Below, in pieces: positions 1-12,000 of a stretch of DNA of 64,000 bases. Both the position numbers and the translations under genes were made by a program. The first letter of the stretch is position 1, and every line of letters starts with the position of its first letter. The DNA is taken from NCBI GenBank assembly GCA_964247055.1, contig OZ176050.1, positions 13,330,001-13,394,000 on the forward strand, written 5' to 3'. The stretch is from Paragordius varius (taxonomy: Eukaryota > Animalia > Nematomorpha). The notes under the pieces were generated by a model. It was not told the origin of the DNA and did not search any database. It was given only the letters and a program-made list of their open reading frames with translations.

Positions 1-798
1 ATTCAATAAATTTCCATGTGCACGAACAAAGGGTGAAGTTATTTTAATATTCTAGAAAAAAATAATAAAGACAAAATTATCACAAAGTGCGCTGGGTGAT
101 GCAAGAAGCGGCACAAAAATATTTTTAACAATTTAGCGAATAATCTTAATCAAAACATTATTGGCAGATACACAACGTTCAAACAGCTACTCATTTGTTA
201 CCCCTGGATGTGGAAAATATAGATGTTAAAATGCTTGAATATTGTAGAACTGTTGGTTAGCTCTTCTGCCAGCGATTGATAAATTTATAAAAATATGATC
301 TCCTAGAATCCTATTTGTTATCACAGGACAAAGGTCAAAATTCCAAGTCAAAAAAGCTTAGAAAATAATTTTATACCATTACCTAATCGCAATATTATAA
401 AGCATCCAGAAAAACAAGGCTCAATGAATAGCCAGAATATAAAAATGTTTTATACAAACAGAAACGATTATTTGGAAGACAAGACGGTGTACAATGACAC
501 TTTTTTATGAAGTCTCATTATTAAATAAATATATAGATAATGAAAACTTAAATTATGGACAGAAAAAAATACGTAGGATATAAATGGTTAAAATAATCAT
601 TTTTAAACAAATTATGTTCCACACAATAATATTTTAATTGTAGAATTTAAATGAACCACTGGTATTGAACGCGTTTTTCCACAGTAAATTAAGTAAGGAC
701 ACGGAATCAAATTTAAATGTTGAATAAAAGCCATTTTATGTGTTCAAACATAATTTGTGAAGACTATACAATATTAAAGTAATTTTGTGTATTTTTTA

Positions 799-2690
799 TC
801 ATAAAAACTTTATAAATATAAGAAAATATTTTTCTTTGGTATATTTTTTGTTTGAGTGAATGCGTTTTAGCAGATTGTCACCATTTTTTAAAATATTGCA
901 GAAGTCTTCACAAGAATTTGTCAAGTTATATTTGACAGATAAAACGGCCTTTAAAGTTTCAACATTTAAATTTGATTTTTCCGATGTCCACACCTGATTT
1001 ACTGTGGAAAAAACGCGCTCAGTAGCAGCGTTGGTAAAGATAGTGCGAATTCCACAATTTTTAAAATATTATTGTATGTAAAATAGTTGGCTTCAAAATG
1101 ATGAAATATTTCCAACCATTTCTTTTCGACTGTATATTTTCTTTTGTCCATAATTTAAGTTTTTCATTATTAATATATCTTTTAACTAATGATACTTCAG
1201 AAAAAAGATCATTTTCTGAAAGATTACCTTTTGATAAATTTTGGGAGCAGATATAATCAAATCGTTTTTGAACATCGCACCAATTAAATTCTGATTTTAA
1301 TGTTATCCAATGAAAATGATCTTTCAATGAATTGGGTCGTCCAGTCTTCCAAATAATCTTTACAGTTTGTATAAAACATTTTTATATAGTACAGGATATC
1401 TTGGCGATTTATTAAGCCTTGTTTTTCTAAATTATTTATTATATTGCGGATGTTAATAGTATAAAATTATTTTCTAACCGTTCTTGACATTGGAATTTTA
1501 GGTTACTAACTTCATTGGCTACTTCGATTGCCGAAATTTTGTCACCTTCTATAAATTTAATAACATTTTGAAAGAGAGAAGCTTGATTATGTAAGCATTC
1601 TAACCATATTTTTGAACAATCACTTTCAAAAAACTTTTTTAAAGTTGTAGGACATTTGTCCTATGGTAATAAAAAAGATTTTAAAGGATCATACATTTTT
1701 AAAATTCTTCCGATAGCTGGCATAAAAGCTAACCAACGAGTTTTACAATATCCAAGCATTTTTTGATATTAAACTTCTGCATTTTCACAGAATTCTTTAA
1801 GCGATTCCTACTGTGTATATTAAAAAATAGGAATATATTTTAACAACTACATTTTCCACATCTAGGGGTAACAAATCAGTAGCTGTTTGAATAGCGTTGT
1901 GTAAATGCGTTGCACACCCAACGCCAATAATGTTTTGATTAAGATTATCTGTTAATTTATGAAAAATATTTTTTTGTTCCTCTCCTTGCTTTTCCACCAA
2001 AGTTCATATTGGTGTTGTCAGCGCAATATACGATAATTTTGTATTTTAAATTATTTTTTTGCATTATTGAAGTAAATATTATTTCGGAATTTTCACCGGG
2101 TAGGGAAATTAAATCTAAAATTTTAATTTTTACTCCGGTTTCTGAATCAAAATATCTCATCAAAGTGGGAAATAATTTTGTTTCATGGTGATTTGATGCA
2201 TCAGAGTATAGCGATATGGAATTAATTTTCAGCAAATCTTTTTGTATTTCAGAAAATATATGTGGCGAAAGGACATTGCACACAATGGCTTCAGCTTTTG
2301 TACGGGCACATGTAAATTTTTTATGGAATAACGTGCGAATAACTTGTGAGGTACAGTCCATAGATCTAAAGGAATTATTGTGATTAACGGCGTGAAAAGA
2401 TAACACGCACTCAGCTAGTGCCAAATTCTTTTTTTCCTCTCCAAAAGCGGTTTTTCGAAAAAAATCGCTCATTTTGTAAGATGATGCCGCCATATCTAAA
2501 CATTTTTTATGTTTCTGTGTTTCCATATGCTTTGTAATATCATGCTTGCCGCCATGTGCCAGGGTGAATTCTCCCTCGCATATAAGACATTTAACAGATG
2601 TTCATTCTTCGTTTTTTTTGATAAAAGGAAAATCTTTCATCAATTCATCGTTGAATTTACAACCTCTTTTTGTGCTAATATTTATAAACT
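799..2690 (-). pseudogene. Degenerate hAT transposase (several stops and frameshifts)
   Basis: Split across at least four ORFs that each match the 252-aa and 311-aa ORFs of copy 2 (for example CARTKAEAIVCNV and WTSEKSNLNVETLKAVL). Confidence 0.85.
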
Positions 2691-2698
2691 ACTATTAG

Positions 2699-2960
2699 TA
2701 TAATAAATATTATATTACCTTAATTTTCTGGAATAAACGTGTAAGGTACCGATTTGTGGTATCAATTTGTCTTTTAAGCTACCGATTTGTGGTATTAATT
2801 TGGCTTTTTAATAATGTTGGCAAGTAATAAAACTAAAATATTAGTATAATAAATATTATATTACCTTAATTTTGTGAAATTAACGTGTAAGGTACCGATT
2901 TGTGGTATCAATTTGTCTTTTAATCTAGAGATTTGTGGTATTAACTTGGCTTTTTGATAA
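2699..2960. repeat. About 148-bp tandem duplication upstream of the hAT transposase
   Basis: TAATAAATATTATATTACCTTAATTTT...CGTGTAAGGTACCGATTTGTGGTATCAATTTG occurs at about 2699 and about 2847. The same duplication is present in copy 2 (about 60780-60960). Confidence 0.75.
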
Positions 2961-3610
2961 TAATGACAGTAGTAGTAGGAAGTATAGTGTATAATCACAT
3001 GATATAAATTCGAAAAAATAAATATTTTTAATTTAAAATAAAAAATTTTAATTTAAAATTGAATAGATTTTAAAGATATTTAATGATAAAAAATTTAAAC
3101 GGACAAAAAAAATTTATTTGTATTAAAAAAAATTTTTTTTATATAATTGTGAAAAAGCGGGACATTTAAAAACGTAGCAGGAAGCGGGACAAAGTGTGAA
3201 AAAGCGGGACTGTCCCGCCAAAAGCGGGACGTCTGGTCACCTTAATGATACACCCCCTTGCTCCCCCTCGGTACGCCCCTGGGTTTTGGGTCTTTAAGTT
3301 TTGATCCCTCCAGATTTTTTGGCTTAATTGAAGCCTGAAAGCCCATCTGACCTTTTTAAAAAATTAATTTAGTATTTTGTTTAAAAACATCCAAAATTTA
3401 ATTCAAAGAGATTTCTTGTGGCGTGGTCACAGGGATATTTATGAAAAAATGCAAGTTGAAGGGATAAATTGCATGCGACATCTAACATATAAATATTTAA
3501 CGAAATAACTTTCCATTTTTAATATTTATAAATAAACTTAATGTAATGAAAATGTTAATTCAAGGAATCCATAGACATCTATGAATTATTAATAATATAG
3601 TTTCTTTTAG

Positions 3611-3647
<37 letters not shown>

Positions 3648-3857
3648 GGGTGCTAAAAATTACAAAAGTGTATATGTTGGAATGGCGACTTGACAATAAA
3701 TTCGTAAAATAAACGAAAATTATTAATTATTGATGACTTTATAAAAAGAACAACATTGATTTAATTTTTGATGACAATGTGATACGCTTTCTTCTAAAAT
3801 TTTTCATGAACTGATAATTATTCTTATAAACTAACTACTATAAGGAATAGTACAAAT

Positions 3858-4793
3858 ATGGATTATAATTTAACTAATTTTTTGTACCATATTACATTTT
3901 TTGCAAACATCATATTCTTTGTATCGGAACCCGTGAAACGTATTGCCCGTAATTTTGTCAAAATATTCCTAATACATTCATCCGATTCTCAAGTGAGAAT
4001 ATCCAAAAATATTCTTAATAACGATTATACCAGTTATCAAAACAGCTATGATGAGGGAGATGATAAAAATGAACGTTTTTTATACCATACAAGGTATAGA
4101 ATATTGCGTTTGTTACTTGTTTGTTACACAATCATATATGCTATCATTGTGTTTGAATCGTTTCCCTCGACGTTGATGATCTTAAAGAAGGGTTTCGGCT
4201 CATATTGGACATTTGCTAGTCTAGTTGCCTATATGAATCAATGGGTGCTTCCAAACATCCTTGTAATCGATGATATTTTGCGCATCAGGTCACCATGCAT
4301 GTATAGATTGAATTCTACGTCAAAATATATAATTATTTTAGCCATTTTTTTCACCATCCTGGTATCGGCCCCATATATATTTTTCGTGGAAGATAAATCC
4401 ACTGAGCCCGCCAGAGATAGCGGGCGTATAAGCGTTTTTTGGATTGCTTCTTTAATGGTGTCAGGTTTGCAAAGATACGCTTTCTATACCTACTTGGTAT
4501 TTATTGTGCTATTTGCGTTTTGCTATGTGCAAAAACTCCGACATTTTTTCAAGCATGAAAGTCAAGTTTTAAAATTTATACAACCATATTATTATAATTG
4601 TATGGTAGTGGGATCAAATTCTTCGATACAAATTTATGTAGTTTTATTGAGTTATATAATTTGTCATATGGATTATCATTATCTAATTTATCATTTATTT
4701 TATGTTATTGTGCATTGGATGTTAGAAATGGAGATACTAGTTTTAGTCATGAATTGGCTTACCCTTATTTACCTTAATTTACATGGACAATAA
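3858..4793 (+). CDS. Intronless 311-aa multi-pass membrane protein, divergent class A GPCR / chemoreceptor-like
   Basis: Open single-exon ORF with about seven hydrophobic segments. ILVIDDILRIRSPCMYR resembles the TM3-ICL2 pattern xIDRYxAIxxPxxY, and ILAIFFTILVSAPYIFF resembles TM4 (S-x-P). Confidence 0.6.
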   Translation: MDYNLTNFLYHITFFANIIFFVSEPVKRIARNFVKIFLIHSSDSQVRISKNILNNDYTSYQNSYDEGDDKNERFLYHTRYRILRLLLVCYTIIYAIIVFESFPSTLMILKKGFGSYWTFASLVAYMNQWVLPNILVIDDILRIRSPCMYRLNSTSKYIIILAIFFTILVSAPYIFFVEDKSTEPARDSGRISVFWIASLMVSGLQRYAFYTYLVFIVLFAFCYVQKLRHFFKHESQVLKFIQPYYYNCMVVGSNSSIQIYVVLLSYIICHMDYHYLIYHLFYVIVHWMLEMEILVLVMNWLTLIYLNLHGQ

Positions 4794-5495
4794 ATTTGAT
4801 TTTTTTTTCATATAAAAATTTTGTTAAAATGTTCAAATTTATTATTCCATATATTTAATCTATGAATGCGCAAAGCGCAATTCCTTTCCCCTTCCTCAGT
4901 TAAGTGCCATATGTAAAAATAAAAATATTTTGAAAAAACTTAAAACACTATTTTTCTTACAGCTCATTGGGAAACCTATTCTATCATTTATCAATAATAA
5001 AATGAATGTACAGAGGGGGATAGAGAGTTTTTCTATTCCCTAAATTAAGCGTTACTTTTCTGAAATTAGGGTTTTTGTTAAAATAAAACATATACCATTT
5101 TGAGGTAATATCCAGGCAATATATATTAAATATCACTTTTTAATCAAATTCAACCCTGTTTCAACCAATCAAACTTAATACTTATTGTTAACTAATTAAA
5201 ACTATTCTAAAAAATATTTAATCACTAAATCTTGGAGGTTTTTATTATTGATACCTATATTACTGTGAAGACTTAATTCCTGATTCATGAATAGTGAAGC
5301 TTTCCCTATTTCGCTTGTCAACACATGCGCAGAATACGGGCCTACCTAGGAATAGTAGCGGGCAATCTTCTTAAATATAAACTATTTGCTAAAAGTTATA
5401 TTTTTGAAATTCGCATAAATAAAATTTTGACAGCTGTTTAGTCAGAATAATAAAATATTTTTTATGGTTTAATATGTCTTTTAAAATTATAATAA

Positions 5496-5602
5496 CAGAG
5501 CTTCGAACCGGTCCCAATAAAGTGAAACTAGAACCGGACTCCAATTAAAAAATGGAACAGGAATTGGTTCCCAAAAGAACTAGGTTCCGGTTCGAAGTCC
5601 TG
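5496..5602. mobile_element. Very short MITE-like element (107 bp)
   Basis: Terminal inverted repeats CAGAGCTTCGAACCGG / CCGGTTCGAAGTCCTG with internal GAACCGG-like motifs. No clean TSD. Confidence 0.55.
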
Positions 5603-6192
5603 ATAAATATATAAATATACTAATTAAATGGAATTTAAATGTGGGCGGACCGTCAATATTTTTAAATTTTAAGAATGGCCCGCTGAAAAAAATTGCCGAC
5701 CCCTGTTTTAGTGTGTGGTGAAGGTTTATCGAAAATATGTTTTAGAACTAAAAATAATTTGAAAATAATATGCATCAGAGGTTAACAACATCATAAAATA
5801 ATGCATTAATGTATACCAGCTAACAAATGTTGGCAAATTCACTTTATACAGTAAAGTATGTGAAAAACAATCCTTCTGTGAATTTTATTCACAATGTATG
5901 CATTGAAAAACATATTTTACAAAATTATTGTTATTTCTCATACTTTGCTGTAATATGAATTGGCCAACGTTATGTGATTTGGCCTGCATTAAATTGAATA
6001 TTGTGTAATCAAAATAAATGAATCGAGATAACTTGTTAGAGAATATAGTAATGATGAATGTTTATGTTTTTTCCCTCTTTTTTCCACTATTAAAACTGCC
6101 AGAAATTGATAAAGGATTTAACAATATCATTATGACTAAAATTTAATGGATAATGAAAAAATGCATTTTTTTCTCTTTTTTCCTTTGACTCA

Positions 6193-6520
6193 TTAACACT
6201 TCGATTCAATTTGAGGTATTTAATACCCCAGACCAAATTAAATTTAAAATTTCAAAAAAACTACTGGAAACGGTCCTAATTTAAATTTATGCTTCTATCC
6301 CAACAAAAATTATATAAATAGCCTAAATTATTTTAATAAAATTTCGTTTTGAAAAAAAAGTTCCATCTCAAACTACTTGGACGCCATTGTTATTTTGCAA
6401 ACTTTTTGCAAAATATCATCTTCATTTAATTTTAAAGGTAAAATTAAAGCGAATTTTTTATTTAAATTACATCTAACATATTATTTCTATTTTCATACAA
6501 TGCATAATCATACTATATAC
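6193..6520. mobile_element. piggyBac-like (TTAA) non-autonomous element, truncated copy
   Basis: Begins TTAACACTTCGATTCAATTTGAGG and is collinear with the copies at 36036-36573 and 48302-48850. The right terminus was not found. Confidence 0.55.
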
Positions 6521-7149
6521 AATGATATATATATAAAATGATCTCATGGCTTAACTAAAACGGAATATAAATGCGCCAGCACTAAAAAATCTACCATATA
6601 GTGCCTCCAACCATATCATATAAAGTAAATCTATCCTAATTTATTTAATTAAGATATAAAAAGGAACAAAAATGACCTCTGCTTAAAGAAGCCTAACAAT
6701 TTTAGTTATATGAATGATAATAATCAAACTAAGAATTATTTATGAAATTTATGAATTTATATCTAAGTAATTTAGTAAAATCAAAACTATTTCCGGTTTC
6801 CCAAAATGGTTCAGATTCCAATTCGGTTTTTTTCGGTTAAGGTTTTCCAACGTTTAAATCTTTTCTGATACAATATATTTAAATAAATAGATAGCAGGTA
6901 AACCACATTGGCCACATCAAAAATATAAATTATACTTTAATGATTCATATATAATAGCAAATAAAATATAAAAGAAAAATTGATATGTTAACACCGCTAA
7001 ATAGAGCCCCCAAAACAATTTATGGTCATCAAATGGTTTTAAAATAACTGGCTATAACAAAAACGGTTCTGGATCTAATTACCTGGTAATGTATATAAAT
7101 TTAATTGCGCATAGGCAAACACTTTCTGTGCCTTCTATTGAATGACAAA

Positions 7150-7440
7150 ATCTATAATGCTTGAATTGCTACAGTTGAAGTCGACTTTTTGCAATATTGC
7201 AAATAGAATTCACCATATTTTGCAGTTTTTATTTTAGTATTGAGCTCTGCCAAGAGTGAATTTGTCCCTTTGATATTGACAATCCAGTTTGTATTTCTTC
7301 GGCCTCTTTTACGTGTACTGCTGACCTTTCCCAACTCAAAGAATTTTTATTGGCCAAGTAAAATAGTTTGGTGCGAATGGACATGCCGAACAGTATTAGA
7401 ATGGATTTATTTAGGACGTATTGTTTGTAATTACACACTG
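7150..7440 (-). mobile_element. Degenerate 3' fragment of a BovB-like RTE LINE
   Basis: Fragments VLNKSILILFGMSIRTKLFY and MGKVSSTRKRGRRNTNW match the C-terminus of the element at 62554-64000 (VILDKINPEIHLIGMCLKMKLSYFGH...GKVEGSRKRGR). Confidence 0.65.
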
Positions 7441-7964
7441 AATAAACTATAAATATTGCCAGTTTTTATCTTCATTTGCAATTAATGATGATATTAAACA
7501 AATAATAATAGAAAAGATCCATAATTTGCAAGGATTAAAGAATAAAAGTCTTTAACTACCTATTTATAGGCAAACATAATTAACATTTTTTTATATGTCC
7601 AATATTTCAGTTATCGAATTTAACATTATTTCGAAATACAAAAAATTGTTCATATAGGATTTTAGTGATATCTGTGACATTTTAAACCTTTTTAATCAAT
7701 AACTAATCCTATTATTATAAAAGATAATTAAAATAAAACGATGTGATGCTAATAAATATAAGAAATCAATATTTCAAGTTTAAAATTATTATGGGAACCT
7801 TAAAACCGTATTTCAATAAGTACTTATTCCTTTTTAACCTTTTATGTATGTAATAGACACACTAACAAGACTTATTATAATGATATAATTCATTAAAAGT
7901 ATTAAAAATTCGATTAATAGTTTTTATAATTAAAACTTACTTCTGCTTTGCATTTTGTAATTAT

Positions 7965-8235
7965 ATATATATAATTATTCAGACAAAACCTAAAAATATA
8001 AAGACATTTTTTTTTCAAAAAACAACTTTAATTTTTGATATATAAAATATTTGATTACAATCGTAAACTACATAATTGATTGTGGTACCAATTTACATTT
8101 CTACTTTATATTTTGCAGTTTAAAACAATTAATATTTAAAAAAATCAAGAATCAAAAAATATGGTTGTCTTTTAGAAAAAAATATTTGTATTAATATTTT
8201 TACATTTTGTCCGTATAATTTCAATTTTTACTGTA
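7965..8235. mobile_element. MITE family B (TIR about TACAGTAAAAATTGAAATTATACGGACAAAACG), degenerate copy
   Basis: AGACAAAACCTAAAAATATAAAGAC near 7980 and TTTTGTCCGTATAATTTCAATTTTTTACTGTA near 8205-8235. Same family as the copies at 22687-22957 and 36757-37400. Confidence 0.55.
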
Positions 8236-8507
8236 TATATATAAAAAATTAATTGTAGGTAGTATAAATGAGAAAAGAAATTGTATATTTAATTTGTCAC
8301 AAATTCAAAAAAATTGTCGCTTGGAGTGTTTTGGGCAAATACACATTATTGATTGTGTGTCAAATTTTGTCACTCTATTAATATGAATATACAATATGAA
8401 TTGTAACAATAAATCAGTATTATGCGCATTTATAACATGAAAAAAAGCGGAAACATTATTTATTGTTATTGAAAGCAAGCAAGCAGACTTGTCAACATTT
8501 TATTGGA

Positions 8508-8543
<36 letters not shown>

Positions 8544-8932
8544 CATATGCACATAGATTTATGCATATTTTTTTTCAAAATTTTCTTCACCAATAATAAT
8601 AATAATTACAACACATTAATATTGTAATGATAAAATGTGTGTCTTGTATGATATAGTAGCTTACAATTAGATTCCTAAAACTTAAACATGCCCATAATAT
8701 AATCTATTCCTTGCTGGAGTTAAAAACAGCTTAATACTTTCCGGTCCTTATTAATATTCCATTATCTTGGAACAAAATATTCTGGTTTTATAGAAAATTC
8801 TAAATTCTCCCCCACACCAATGTTACTTGAATAGTTTGTCCTCTCTTTTATGGAATTCAAAAAAGACCCAATTGTTGAAAATTTTGAAAAATTTTGAATT
8901 TTTTCAAAAATTTTTAAACAAAAGCATAAACA

Positions 8933-9028
8933 ATGAGTGAAGTGTTTAGTTCGGAATCATCCAAAAGCCTTCAGGTGAGAAAATATCTTTTAACACTCTT
9001 TTTTTTTCAAAAATAACATGTGAGATTA

Positions 9029-9064
<36 letters not shown>

Positions 9065-12000
9065 CAAATTAGATGTATGATTAAAAATTTTACAAAGAAA
9101 ATTGTGTAAATTCATATCGAGCAAATATTTATATGATAATTATGCGTATTAAATTTCAAAACTCCACCAAAATTATTCGTTAATCTTATTATTATGAATT
9201 ACTCTTTTATTTCCAATGAACAAAGGCTTTACCCTAGCGTTATCCGGGGTTTGTGGTTATTATTTAACAAAAATATTTTATTTTAATATTTTTTATAAAA
9301 TTTATTTAGTTTCATAAAAAAATAGACTTTCTATTATTAGCAATAATATAACAAATATGATATGAAATATTTTTACAAATTATTATTTAAACAAAATATT
9401 TTCCAATCTGATTTTTTATTTTTCGGCAAATTTTTTTGTTAAAATTGGAAATCAATTTACATATGCAAAAAACTATTGGACAGTTATGGAATGATAAAAT
9501 AATTTGAACAAGTTGTTTATATATGAACACCTACTTACTCTATTTATACAACCTCATTTGAAGATTAATTATATATATTTAAGTAATATAGCACATAAAA
9601 TATTTTTATATACTTAAGCCACATTATATTTTGGCATTCTTTTTTCCTAAACACCTTTGATATTACGAAATAATTATTATTCTTATCGTGGACATTTACC
9701 ATTATTAAAAGAATTTACCATTATTCGCCAACTAAAATGTATGTGCTAACATACATCTCAAATTTATTGTAAAAATTTGATTTACAGACAAAGTTTATTC
9801 GTCGTGATAAACACTAAATTCCCAAATTAATTAGATTGATCCATTTTCTAACAATCTTTCATCTTTTTACTTATAAGATTGTCCTCAATAAACACTAAAT
9901 TCCCAAAAATTATAATTGAAAATAAAATTAATCCTTTTTTTAAAACGGTTTTTATTTTAAAACTTGCGATAGAATAATTCTTCCAGCAGTGAAGGCTCAT
10001 CACTTTCAATGAACGGACCCAATAAACGGCGTATTAGTTGGGCCGATGATTTTACACTGTGTACCCCATCTATCATGTTAAACATTGTTAAAGCCATTTT
10101 GGTTAGGGGCATTTTCTCGTTGCATTTCTTGCTTACGTTATCGCGCGTTGTTTCAACCAAAAAGAACCCACTGTATTGGTATATAGCTTTTATGTTATGG
10201 CCCATCTTAGTCGAATTGAGTATAGCTATCATCATACGAAAGGGCAAAGAATATAAATGGTATGCATTCAGATTATATATATAATATAAAAGTTATTAAT
10301 TGATTCATTTTGTGTTTGATTAACGAAAGTTTTGGGTTCATTTATTTGATTATACAAATTTAGTTTTAGATGACGAATAGCTAGAAAAGATAGTGTTTGC
10401 AAAAATAGGGATATTTTGACGGATTACACTTTGTCTCATATTCCAAAATTATTTGTTTGGAAAATGGTTTTTCTACTATGATATTTTGTTAATTAATTAA
10501 TAATTTATTTATTTTAAATAGGTTTGATTTTTTAACCCGCTATTATTCAATGCGGTTACGGGTTGATTTTAGAAATAAATATCTGTTTTGAATCCAAGAT
10601 GAGCTGGACTATTTTAAATTTAAACTTATCAATGGTAAAAAAGATAAAAAACCATTTATTTGAAATTTTATACAATATTTTCAGTCTAGTAACTTAACAT
10701 ATTTTATTTCACCAATCATTTTTAATATATTATGGATTCCATAAGTAGCGGTTTGTCTGTTTTCATTGAATCATATTTGAATGTACAAATAGCAAGAATA
10801 TTCACTTATCAAATCTGAATTTTATATAATTTTATAAAAAATTGCTATTTTATAAAATTTGATGGCTTATTGGCACAAATAGGTTTTTTTGCTCACTTAC
10901 ATACATAAGTATGGTATGAAACGGTCATTTTACCATTTTTATATAAAATTCTATCAAAATTCGTTTTTCAGACCTAAACTTTAAAAAAAAATTATTAGTA
11001 AAAATGGTTTGTTTTTGCATTTCTTTACCAATAATAATAAATAACTTAAACCAACTCCTTTTAAAATTTTTGTTTATTGTGATATAATATTATTAATATT
11101 TTTGGAAAAAATACTATACTAATACCATCCAATTCACGATGAATTTATGTTAAAATTTTTATGTAATATACCATGTTTTCTAATGTATATATTTACTCAA
11201 GTGGAACTATTATTTTAATTTGAGCGGTTTAAACTGTTTAAACAAAACAAAACTGTATGATTTTTGAATATAGCTCATAAATAATATGTTCATGATGTCG
11301 TCAAAATTTTTAATATGATAAAGACACCATAATTACTAAAATTCAAAAATATGGCCACATTGCAATAGGGAAAATAAACTCAAAAACCGAATTCAGGCAA
11401 ACAGCTGTTTTTAAGAAGTATCGTTATAATTTTTTATTAAAATGGCTAAAATATGAAAATTAACAGTTATTGTTAAAGAAATAAGTTGATATGCTCTGTT
11501 GAAAATTGGATAATAAGTGAAACGTCGAAAATGCCAAAAATCAGTTTCCTTGAAACAAAATAATAAATACAAAAATGTAAACATTTGGTTACGGGGTCAA
11601 AGTGTGAAAAATCTGTTAAAAAAGTTAATGTATGTAAAATTCTTTAGTCTTACAAGTCTTTAATTTTTTGAAATAAAAATATATGAAACCCGTAAGTTTC
11701 CTGAGATATATAAATAAAATAATAGTTTTTTAAGTGACATTTAATAGCAAAATTATTTATACTTTCGTTGTAAAAAATTTGATATTCTATAGATCATTAA
11801 TACATAGGTTTTGTCCGAGCGTTTTTTTCTATCTGTCAGCCGTGATGCCTTGCATTTGGATCCTAGAAATGGATGAAGTTGAGAAATACAGAATTCTTCA
11901 AGCACAAGAACAAACTAAACATCTCTTACTTTGTCCGGCTGAGGAAGTCAATGCCGCACGCAGGGGTTTCATTGCAGAACAGAAACGTTATAGTATTGGA

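Larger units (their letters stand above)
1..3244 (-). mobile_element. hAT-superfamily DNA transposon, copy 1 (left end outside the window; transposase disrupted)
   Basis: Transposase fragments in ORFs 1957-2526, 1797-2000, 1061-1327 and 799-993 are collinear with copy 2. A BED-like CLICEGEF...KHDITKH zinc finger lies at about 2520-2690. The right end GTCTGGTCACCTTA (ends 3244) is preceded by repeated GCGGGAC subterminal motifs and matches the right end of the element at 57903-61189. Confidence 0.88.

Noticed and set aside
3617-3647. (TA)n microsatellites here and at about 8512, 9032, 19748, 52835, 53250 and 56185
   Set aside because: Ordinary simple repeats in an AT-rich genome.
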